Of a stretch of 64,000 nucleotides of DNA, positions 7,943-16,600 are shown piece after piece. Below the pieces are notes generated by a model. The model was not told the DNA's origin. It saw only the letters and a list, made by a program, of their open reading frames with translations, and did no database searches. Origin of the DNA: Alphaproteobacteria bacterium (GTDB taxonomy: Bacteria > Pseudomonadota > Alphaproteobacteria > Bin95); the NCBI GenBank assembly GCA_964291285.2, contig OZ219785.1, forward strand, positions 832,001 to 896,000, in the 5' to 3' direction. Numbering within the stretch: position 1 is the first letter of the stretch; every line of letters starts with the position of its first letter. The position numbers and the translations under genes are program-made.

Positions 7943-9889
7943 ATGGCGGCGGAAGCGAGCATTGTTGCGTGGTTGCGGATAGTACCGTTTAGGGATCGCG
8001 ACGGCGTTTGCACAGCCCTTCTGGAGACTTCACCGGAAGGGGAGCTGCTTGGCTTCGGCGTTGCGGGCGGCGGCGAATGGCGCGAAGCCGGCGGACCGGT
8101 CGCGGCGCTCTTTCGGTCTGCGGCGCATTCGCCAGCGCTGGCGGTCGCCCGCGCGGACGAAGTGTCCGCCAGCATGTTGCGGAAAATTCCTCAAATTACA
8201 GCGTTGTTCTGCCTTATCAGCTCGGCGGACGGACGGCCGGGCGCCGCCGTGTCGTGGGCGGGGGTGCCGCCTGCGCCCGCCTCGCCCGCCGGCCGTACCT
8301 TCGCTGCGCTGATGGCCCGACGTGACCCGTTCGAACCTCTGGAGCGCGTGGCGGCGGCGCTCCGCCTGACCTTCGCCGACGCTCAATTTGGACAGGCCGC
8401 CCACATTCCGGGCCTCCACGTGCAGTTTTCGTTGCCAAGGGACGCCGCCCGTTCCGGCAGCGGCATGGGGCAGGACCTAGCCAGCAGGCTTCGCGCCACG
8501 CTGGCCGCGCCTTCGGGGCCACCGCGGGTCGATGCGAACGCACCGCAGAATTGGGCCGGCGAGTTGATGCCGTTTCAGCAGGACGGGGTGCGGGCGCTTC
8601 TGGAGATGGATCGGCTGTTGCTGGCGGATGATATGGGGCTCGGCAAGACCGTGCAGGCCGTCGCCGCGCTCCGCATTCTGGCGGCGCGGGACAAGGTCGG
8701 CCCTGCCCTGGTGGTCGCGCCGGCGAGCGTGCTCGACCAATGGCGGCGGGAACTTGCCAAATGGGCGCCGGAGCTTTCCGCCATCGTCGTGCGCGGTTCG
8801 ATGGACGACCGGACATGGCAATGGCGGGCGCGCAAGGACGTGACGCTGGTCGGCTACGAGACATTGCGTTCGGACGTCGGTCGCATCCCGGCGCTTCGGC
8901 CGCCGGGAGAAGCCTGGAGCGCGGTCGTCGCCGACGAGGCGCAGCGGATCAAGAACCGCAACGACACCAGCCAGGCGGTAAAGAGCCTTGCCAGAACCCG
9001 GTCCTGGGCGCTTACCGGCACGCCCGTCGAGAACCACGAGGACGAGTTGGCGTCCATCATGGAGTTCGTGGACCATCGCAAGGACGCGCCGCCCGCGCGC
9101 TATCATCCCGGCCCCGCCCTGTTGAAGCGCCACCGGGAGTTACAGCTGCGGCGCAGGAAAGGCGATGTTCTGGCGGACCTGCCACCTAAGCTGGAGACGA
9201 AGCTGACGGTCGCCCTGCGCTCCGACCAGAGGCAGAGCTACGATGTCGCGGAGCAGGAAGGAATCGTCTACCTTAGGTCCCTTGGCGCAAATGTTACGGT
9301 CCAGCATATTCTGGAGCTCATTACCCGTCTGAAACAGATATGCAATTTCGACCCGAAGACAGGCTCATCCAGAAAAATGGACGACATAAAGGATAAGTTG
9401 CAGGAAATATCGGCGCGCGGGAACAAGGCCCTTATTTTCTCGCAATATGCCAACGACATATCAGGTGTCGGGGCAGCGGCTAGGCATTTGCAGGAATTCG
9501 ACCCGCTTGCCTTGACAGGCGAGATTCCGGTGGAGGAACGCTTCTCCATTGTTGAGCGGTTCCGAACTTCGGACAGACACAAGGCGATGATTATATCGCT
9601 GCGCGCCGGCGGTGTTGGGCTGAATTTGCAAGAGGCGTCATATGTCTTCCATCTCGACCGCTGGTGGAACCCCGCAGTGGAGCGGCAGGCGGAGGATAGG
9701 GCGCATCGAATCGGTCAGACGGCTAAATTGAGTGTCATAAAGTATATTTGCGCGGATACCATCGAACAACGCATCGACCGGATACTCGACGAAAAGCAGC
9801 AGTTGTTCGACGAGCTTGTCGACGATGTATCGCTCGATTTGTCGATACGGTTGAGTCGCAAGGAATTGCTGGGATTGTTCGGGCTTTAA
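7943..9889 (+). CDS. SNF2-family (SF2) helicase/ATPase with unknown N-terminal domain
   Basis: LLADDMGLGKT, DEAQRIKN, LTGTPVEN, SLRAGGVGLNL, WWNPAVERQAEDRAHRIGQ; start at ATG 7943 or GTG 7922. Confidence 0.92.
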   Translation: MAAEASIVAWLRIVPFRDRDGVCTALLETSPEGELLGFGVAGGGEWREAGGPVAALFRSAAHSPALAVARADEVSASMLRKIPQITALFCLISSADGRPGAAVSWAGVPPAPASPAGRTFAALMARRDPFEPLERVAAALRLTFADAQFGQAAHIPGLHVQFSLPRDAARSGSGMGQDLASRLRATLAAPSGPPRVDANAPQNWAGELMPFQQDGVRALLEMDRLLLADDMGLGKTVQAVAALRILAARDKVGPALVVAPASVLDQWRRELAKWAPELSAIVVRGSMDDRTWQWRARKDVTLVGYETLRSDVGRIPALRPPGEAWSAVVADEAQRIKNRNDTSQAVKSLARTRSWALTGTPVENHEDELASIMEFVDHRKDAPPARYHPGPALLKRHRELQLRRRKGDVLADLPPKLETKLTVALRSDQRQSYDVAEQEGIVYLRSLGANVTVQHILELITRLKQICNFDPKTGSSRKMDDIKDKLQEISARGNKALIFSQYANDISGVGAAARHLQEFDPLALTGEIPVEERFSIVERFRTSDRHKAMIISLRAGGVGLNLQEASYVFHLDRWWNPAVERQAEDRAHRIGQTAKLSVIKYICADTIEQRIDRILDEKQQLFDELVDDVSLDLSIRLSRKELLGLFGL

Positions 9890-10014
9890 ATGGCGCTACG
9901 GGCCGGGGCAGAATTTGCGGCGGACCATGACGCTTCACGGCAAACACACACATTGCCGTCTAACCTCCCCGCCCCGATGCGGCGGGCGGGGGGAACAGCA
10001 GGGGAGGCGGGGCC

Positions 10015-10366
10015 ATGCTTGCAGTCGTGATCCCCACCCTGAATGCCGCCGCCGGACTGCCCCGAGCGCTCGAGTCGCTGGCGCCGTGGCAGGAGCGAAT
10101 CGCGGAGATCGTGGTCGCAGACGGCAGCTCGACCGACGGCACGCAGGCCGTTGCGGAGGCAGGCGGCGCGCGCGCTCTATGACGCGGTCGGCGGCTATCA
10201 CGACATGCCGCTGATGGAGGATGTGGACCTGGTCCGGCGCATCGGCCGGCACCGCCTCGCGGCGCTCGACGCCGAAATCGTCACCTCCACCACCCGCTAC
10301 CGCCGTGACGGCTACTGGCACCGGCCGCTGCGCAATCTCACCTGCCTCTCGCTCTACTTCGCGGGG
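10015..10366 (+). pseudogene. GT2 glycosyltransferase (TIGR04283-like) with internal deletion and frameshift
   Basis: MLAVVIPTLNAA...IVVADGSSTDGT joined out of frame at a GCGCGCGC run to ALYDAVGGYHDMPLMEDVDL...TSTTRY. Confidence 0.75.
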
Positions 10367-10523
10367 CCGGTTTGCGCGAGAGCGCCTGTCTGGCCTGTCG
10401 GATGCGCCGCGCAGCGGGCAGCCGCGGCGTCAAGGCGATGAGAGGGTTCAGGAGGTCCTAGATGCGACGCTGAACCGCCGGCCGGCGAAGGCGACGCACT
10501 GGAGCGTGCGCAGCCTGTCGGAA
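10367..10523 (+). mobile_element. IS630-family transposase fragment (HTH region)
   Basis: RFARERLSGLSDAPRSGQPR...ATHWSVRSLS. Confidence 0.7.
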
Positions 10524-10570
10524 GCCGGACCCGGCCGGTGCGCGCCCTCGAGGCCGAGGGAGACCCCCGC
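10524..10570 (-). repeat. 47-bp copy of the autotransporter 3' end (matches 13728-13774)
   Basis: 45/47 identical; encodes ...SLGLEGAHRPG. Confidence 0.85.
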
Positions 10571-10625
10571 CCCAGGTGGTGCGAATGGCGCGCAACGGCG
10601 CTCTCGATGCGGCAGTCCGGCAGAC

Positions 10626-11432
10626 TCAATTCCTGTTGAAGCCGAATTCCCCGCGCGATTGCAGAACCCGCTTCCAGTGCGTTTCGCGTTCGACAATCAT
10701 GGCGTCGGCAATACGGGCGGTATGGCTTTCCAGAAGCGAAAACCGGAAATGCTTCCGGCAATGGTCCAGGCCGCGATTCCCGAGCAATTGCTTCAGGTCG
10801 GCATTGTTGCCATGTCCGGTCGCGCTGTATTCGCGCCAACGAGACCAGACGCCGCCGTCGCCGTAGGCCGCCCCGACATACAGCCGCCCCGTTCCCGTAT
10901 CGGTGATCAGATAAACGCCCTTTGCGTTCTCCAGGGCGCCGCGCCAATCGGGCCGGTCGTTGCGGATGAGCGATTCGAGCTCGCCGAAACCGATGTCGAT
11001 CCGGTCATGGCCCGGAAAATCGATCCCGGAATACTCCTCCTTGAGAATTTCGCTTACCGTGAACTCGTCTAGGCGTTTCTCGAAATCCACGCGGGTTCCC
11101 CGTTGGCGCCAGGGAGAATGCAGTTTGAGGCGTCCGATGAAGCTGCGGCCCTGTTCGGTCAGGGATACGGCATATCTGTCCGGCAGCCGCTCCACGACTT
11201 CCCACACACCGCCGAACAACCAGATGTCAGGCTCCCGATGGAAATCGATCACCGAGAAGATATACCGGCGGTTGAACTGGTTGGTTTTGGGTCGAAACTC
11301 CTGCCAGCCTTGCCATTCTTCCCGGCTGCGAACGAAAACGTCGAGCGGTTGATCGAGCTGGTTGCAGCGGGCGAAGTGCAGCTTGTAGAGAGCCGGCTCC
11401 CGTATCGGCCAAATGTCGGTGAGATGAATCAC
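10626..11432 (-). CDS. GIY-YIG nuclease family protein, full copy; IS sits between the original ATG and the GTG
   Basis: GVYLITDTGTGRLYVGAAYG...SRW...ERETHWK. Confidence 0.85.
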   Translation of the reverse strand: MIHLTDIWPIREPALYKLHFARCNQLDQPLDVFVRSREEWQGWQEFRPKTNQFNRRYIFSVIDFHREPDIWLFGGVWEVVERLPDRYAVSLTEQGRSFIGRLKLHSPWRQRGTRVDFEKRLDEFTVSEILKEEYSGIDFPGHDRIDIGFGELESLIRNDRPDWRGALENAKGVYLITDTGTGRLYVGAAYGDGGVWSRWREYSATGHGNNADLKQLLGNRGLDHCRKHFRFSLLESHTARIADAMIVERETHWKRVLQSRGEFGFNRN

Positions 11433-13128
11433 CCTAAATCCGGCAGTTGAGGATGGCTTGGCCTTGCCGAATCCCTTGTAGTCTGCGGGTATGAGCGGCT
11501 TTTCAGGGGCCGAAGAGGCTCACCCTTTGGGTGATTATCCTGGCGCTGTGCGGGATGTCGCCCGAGCGTCGGTGAAGGTGGACACCTTCGGCGGCGCGGT
11601 TCATGTGGAATGGGACCCGGACGCGGCGGTAACGCCGCTGGGGCATCTGGCGTTTTTCGCGAAATACCTGAAGGTGAGCGGTCGCTTTGACGCTTTGGTT
11701 GCGGACTGCCCGCTGCGGTACACGAGCCCGAACGCGCCGTCGAAGCGGGATGTCTTGGGTACGGTGCTGCTGTCGGTTCTGGCGGGGCAATCGCGGTATG
11801 CGCACATCACGTCGTTGCGCGGCGACGGAGTGAACCCTGCGCTGTTGGGAATGGACAAGGTTGCGAGCGAGGATTCGGTGCGGCGCGGTCTGGAGCGGAT
11901 CGGTGCGGAGGCCGGCACATCGTGGCTTCAGGGCCATCTGGACGAGGTGGTCCGTCCGCTGCTGAGGGAGCCGTGGGTTCTGGACTGCGACACGACGATC
12001 AAGCCGCTTTACGGTCGTCAGGAGGGGGCGGTTGTGAGCTACAACCCGAAGAAGCCGGGCCGCCCCTCGCATGCCTGCCATGCGTTCCTGATGGCGGGGA
12101 CGCGGCTTGTTCTTGATGTCGAGGTGGCGCCGGGCAACCATCACCATTCGAGGCGCGCGGCGCCGTCCTTGTGGGCGTTGCTCGACCGTCTCGGTCGGGA
12201 TCGCTGGCCGCGTCTGGTGCGGGGCGACAAGGACTGGGGCAGCGAGGCCAACATGGCGTCGTGCGAGGCTGCGGGTCCGGACTATCTGTTCAAGCTGCGC
12301 CTGACGAAGGGGGCGCGCCGGCTTGCCGAGCGTCTGATGGCGCGGGACGGCTGGGAGGATGCGGGCCAGGGCTGGTCGGGGATCGGGGCCGATCTGCGTC
12401 TGCAGGGCTGGAGCCGGACGCGCCGGGTTGTGGTGCTGCGCCGGCGGCTTCCTGCGACGCTGGCGCTGACGCGTGGCGACAAGGCCCGGGGCGAGTTGTT
12501 CTGGACCGGGGCGCAGCCCGGCACCGGGGTATGGGAGTTCGCGGTGCTGGCGACCTCGCTGGACCTGGAGATACGCTCGCTGGCCCAGCTCTACCGCGAC
12601 CGGGCGGACGCGGAGAACGGCTTCAACGAGTTGAAGAACCAGTGGGGCTGGGGCGGCTTCACCACGCGCGACCTGACGCGCTGCCGGCACATGGCCCGGC
12701 TGGTCGCGCTCATCTACAACTGGTGGAGCCTGTTCGTGCGCCTCGCCGACCCCGACCATCACCGCGAGGCGATCACCAGCCGGCCGCTGCTCCTGCACGG
12801 GGTTGCCCGCCAGACCCACCACGCCGGCCAGACCCGGCTGACGGTGACCTCCCATCACGGGCGTCGCAAGACGGTGATGGCGGCGCTGCGCCGGATCGCC
12901 GGCTTCTTCCGGTCGCTGACGCAAACTGCGGAGCAGTTGAGCGCCGGGGATCGCTGGCGCCGCATCCTCGCCGAGGCGCTCAGGAAATACCTCCATGGCC
13001 GCGAACCGGGGCGTCAACCCTGGCTGCCGCCACCCAGGGCCGCGACCGCGTGCTGAAATCCACGCCCAAATCCGACCGTTCACACTACCCCGAGACAGCG
13101 ATCAAGCCTGTCAACTGCCGGATTTAGG
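11433..13128 (+). mobile_element. IS1380-family element, copy 1 (1696 bp)
   Basis: 18-bp terminal inverted repeats CCTAAATCCGGCAGTTGA; flanks ATCAC / ATAAA do not form a TSD. Confidence 0.9.
11491..13056 (+). CDS. IS1380-family DDE transposase
   Basis: VLDCDTT, YNPKKPGRPS, LVRGD, YRDRADAENGFNELK; 521 aa. Confidence 0.9.
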   Translation: MSGFSGAEEAHPLGDYPGAVRDVARASVKVDTFGGAVHVEWDPDAAVTPLGHLAFFAKYLKVSGRFDALVADCPLRYTSPNAPSKRDVLGTVLLSVLAGQSRYAHITSLRGDGVNPALLGMDKVASEDSVRRGLERIGAEAGTSWLQGHLDEVVRPLLREPWVLDCDTTIKPLYGRQEGAVVSYNPKKPGRPSHACHAFLMAGTRLVLDVEVAPGNHHHSRRAAPSLWALLDRLGRDRWPRLVRGDKDWGSEANMASCEAAGPDYLFKLRLTKGARRLAERLMARDGWEDAGQGWSGIGADLRLQGWSRTRRVVVLRRRLPATLALTRGDKARGELFWTGAQPGTGVWEFAVLATSLDLEIRSLAQLYRDRADAENGFNELKNQWGWGGFTTRDLTRCRHMARLVALIYNWWSLFVRLADPDHHREAITSRPLLLHGVARQTHHAGQTRLTVTSHHGRRKTVMAALRRIAGFFRSLTQTAEQLSAGDRWRRILAEALRKYLHGREPGRQPWLPPPRAATAC

Positions 13129-13653
13129 ATAAACGCCCTTTGCGTTCTCCAGGGCGCCGCGCCAATCGGGCCGGTCGTTGCAGATGAGCGATTCGAGCTC
13201 GCCGAAACCGATGTCGATCCGGTCATGGCCCGGAAAATCGATCCCGGAATACTCCTCCTTGAGAATTTCGCTTACCGTGAATTCGTCCAGGCGTTTCTCG
13301 AAATTCACGCGGGTTCCCCGTTGGCGCCAGGGAGAATGCAGTTTGAGGCGTCCGATGAAGCCGCGGCCCTGTTCGGTCAGCGATACGACATATCTGTCCG
13401 GCAGCCGCTCCACGACTTCCCACACACCGCCGAACAACCAGATGTCAGGCTCCCGATGGAAATCGATCACCGAGAAGATATACGGGCGGTTGAAATCGTT
13501 GTTTTTCGGTCGATGCTCCTGCCAGCCTTGCCATTCTTCCCGGCTGCGAACGAAAACGTCGAGCGGTTGGTTGGACTGGTTGCAGCGGGCGAAGTGCAGC
13601 TTGTAGAGAGCCGGCTCCCGTATCGGCCAAATGTCGGTGAGATGAATCACCAT
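13129..13653 (-). pseudogene. GIY-YIG nuclease, second copy, 3'-truncated by the IS at the GVY motif
   Basis: Near-identical to the first ~175 codons of 10626..11432; runs into the IS inverted repeat. Confidence 0.85.
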
Positions 13654-13684
13654 ACGCCCTCAGCCGAGCCGGGCCTGCATTCTC

Positions 13685-16600
13685 CTACCATCGCAGCGCG
13701 CCGCGCAGCATGAGGCTGTCTTCGGGGGCCGGGCCCGGCCGGTGCGCGCCCTCGAGGCCGAGGGAGAGCCCCGCGCCCATGCGGTAGCGCGCGCCGAGCC
13801 GCAGGGTGCGCCCGCCCGTCTCCGCCAGGCTGAGGCCGGCCCAGGGGGTGAGCACCGCCAGCGGTCCCGGACCGGCAAGGCCGAACCCGTGGCCCACCTC
13901 CGCCTCCAGGCGGCTCTCCGCCCCTTCCGGCGCCGTGCTGTCCGCCGCCGCGGGCAGGCCGTGGTCGAACAGCCGGTCCAGGCCGCTCTCCGTGCGCCCG
14001 TGCGCGGGACCGAAGGCGAGGAACGTCCCGCGCCCGTCGGCCCCGGGGTCGAGGCGCACCAGCGCGCTCACGCCCCATTCGTCGCGGTCCGCCTCGTGCG
14101 CCGCCAGAAGCCGCGCGCGCAGCTCCGCCGTCAGACCCGCCGCCGGGTCATGCCAGGTCACGCCCGCCCCGGCCTCGAGGCCCGCCCCTTCGGCAACGTC
14201 GCCGCCGTCATGGCGCACCCCCGCCTCCAGCGCCGGCGTCAGCGTCGCACCGCCCGCCAGCGCGTGCTCGTACGAGCCCTCCAGCAGCAGCCGCAGACGG
14301 GTCGTCCTCGCCGTCAGCCCCGCCAGGCCGTCATCGGACCCCGTGCGCAGGCGCGACGCCGAACCCTCGCCCTTCACCGCAAGGCGCGTCATCCCGCCCG
14401 CCATGAGCTCCGCATCCTCGACCAGGACGCTGCGCCCGCCCGCGGACGCGCTCCACTGCGTCAGGTCCGCACTGCGCGAAGGCGCGCCCTCCTCGGCAAC
14501 CCGCACCTCGCCGGTCCCGTAGCCGAGGCTCGCCCACAGGGTCGAGCCGTCCGGCAGCAACCACGCCGCATAGGGATGCACCGACGTGATCGTCGTCTCG
14601 TGCACGCCCTTCACCCGGCCGCCGGCGGCGCCGGTCGTCCGCGTGTCCAGTTCGCCCCGCGCATGGGAGAGCGCCGCCCCGGCCAGAAGGTCCGGGCGCA
14701 CCCGCAGGTCCGCCCCCAGCTGCGCCGACCACAGGCCGCCGTCCCAGGCGACATCCTTCTCCGAACCCGACAGCGACAGCCACTCGCCCCGGCCCCATAC
14801 CGCCAACGGCGGCGGGGACGCCTCGCCGTCGGCGCCCGCCGCCAGCGTGAAGGACGCCCCGTCCAGTATCTCGCTCAGGGTCGGGCCGGGCTCCTCAGGG
14901 CGCGGCGGCGCGGACCGGGCGGCCCGGGCATACCCGACCGGCGACGACGGCAGGGCGCCGAACCGCAGCGAACTGCCCGGCCTGCCGGACGCCGCCGCCT
15001 CGATCCGACCCGTCACCGCCCCCAGCGTCCGCGACATCGCCGCCGCCGCCACATGCGGCAGCACCGCCGCATTCACCCGGTTCGACCGTGCAACGGACCC
15101 CGGCGCACGGTCGCGCAGCACGCCCGCAGCCGTCGCGTCGCTCCCCACCGCGTAGTCCGCACCGTCGTTCAGCGTGATGCGGTAGGCTTCCGCCCCCTCC
15201 GTATCCGCATCGGCCGCCGTCGGGATCGTCACCACCCCCGTGGTGCGCCCCGCGGCGCCGAATACCGCATCGAACGAACGCGGCCCCGGACCGCCCGGAA
15301 CGTCACCGGCATCGAAGCCGCTGGCATTGCGCGCCGACAGCGTCAGGCTGACCGTCAGGCTGCCCGTCAATGCCCGGTCGGCGGTCACCGTGAGGCGGAT
15401 GTCGTCGCCCTCGGTCACCGCCGCCGGGTCCTGCGCCAGCGTCAGCACCGGCAACAGCGTCGTGTCCGTCACTGTCACCGCCACCGGATCGATGGTCACC
15501 GAACCGTAGCCGCCACCGCTCGCACCATGGGTCAGCGTCGCCGTGTCGTCCACCGTGTCCTCGTCACGGGCCGCGCGCACCGTCACCGTCTGCGCCGTGT
15601 CCCAGTTGGTGGTCGTGAAGGTCAGGCTCGCCGGTTCCACCGTCACGTCCCCCGACGCGCCGCCCACCGTCACCGTGACATCGCCCGAGGGTTCCGTATC
15701 CAGCACCACCGTGTAGGCCGCACTGCTGCCCTCCGACACCCTCAGCGCGGTCGGCGTCACCGTCACGCTTCCGTCTGCGGCGGGGGTCGTGCCGCCGCCT
15801 CCGCCGGACGGCGGCGCCACCGGCGCCACCGGCGTCGCCGTCACCGGCGCATCCGGGCCGGCGCCGTTGCCGGCCCCGTTCACCGCGCGCACCTCGAACT
15901 GGTACGCGGTGCCGTTGGTCAGCCCGCTGACCTCGTGACTGGTGGTACCCGCACCGGAGCCAAGAATGTCCTCCCACTCGCCCCACTCACCGCTGCCGGC
16001 CTTCCGCCGGACTTGCCACTTCGTGATGGTCGGATTGTCCGGGTCGGTCCAGGTCAGCGTTGCCGAAGCGTTGCCCGCCGCGGCGGCAAGGCCGGCCGGC
16101 TTCAACGGCGCCGCATCCTTCTCCGCCACGCGCACCACCACATCGGCAATGCTCACCGAGGCGTAACCGCCGCCAGACGCGCTGTGCGTCAGCGTCACGT
16201 CGGCGTCCGTCACCGTGTCCGTGTCCGTGCCGGCGTTCACCGTCACCGTCTGCGGCTGGTTCCAGTCGGTCCGGGTGAAGGTCAGCGGCGAACCCGTCAC
16301 CGTCACGTCCCCCGACGCGCCGCCCACCGTTATCGTCACATCCGATGTCGGCGGCGTGTTCAGCCGCATCGTGTACGTCCTGCTGCCGCCTTCCGCCACC
16401 GTCAGCGCCGCCGTCGACACCGTCACTCCCGGCGTATCGGCCACCGTCACGTCCACCGTGCCCGCATCCGGGATCGCATCCGCAGAAGCCCCCGTCAGCC
16501 GGAAGGCGTGGTTGATCACCGCCGTGCCGTTCGCCACACCGGTCACCGTCACCGTCCGCGCCGTGTTGTAGTTGGCGGTCGTGAAGGTCAGGCTCGCCGG

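Noticed and set aside
4840-9889. Calling the operon a BREX system
   Set aside because: Core genes pglZ, pglX and brxC/pglY are absent from the window
9958-10010. GTCTAAC followed by a GC-rich hairpin as an integron attC site
   Set aside because: No matching GTTRRRY box and no integrase in the window
11503-13083. 526-aa ORF antisense to the IS1380 transposase, also open in copy 2 (20178..21758)
   Set aside because: Conservation only reflects IS copy identity; no domain signal
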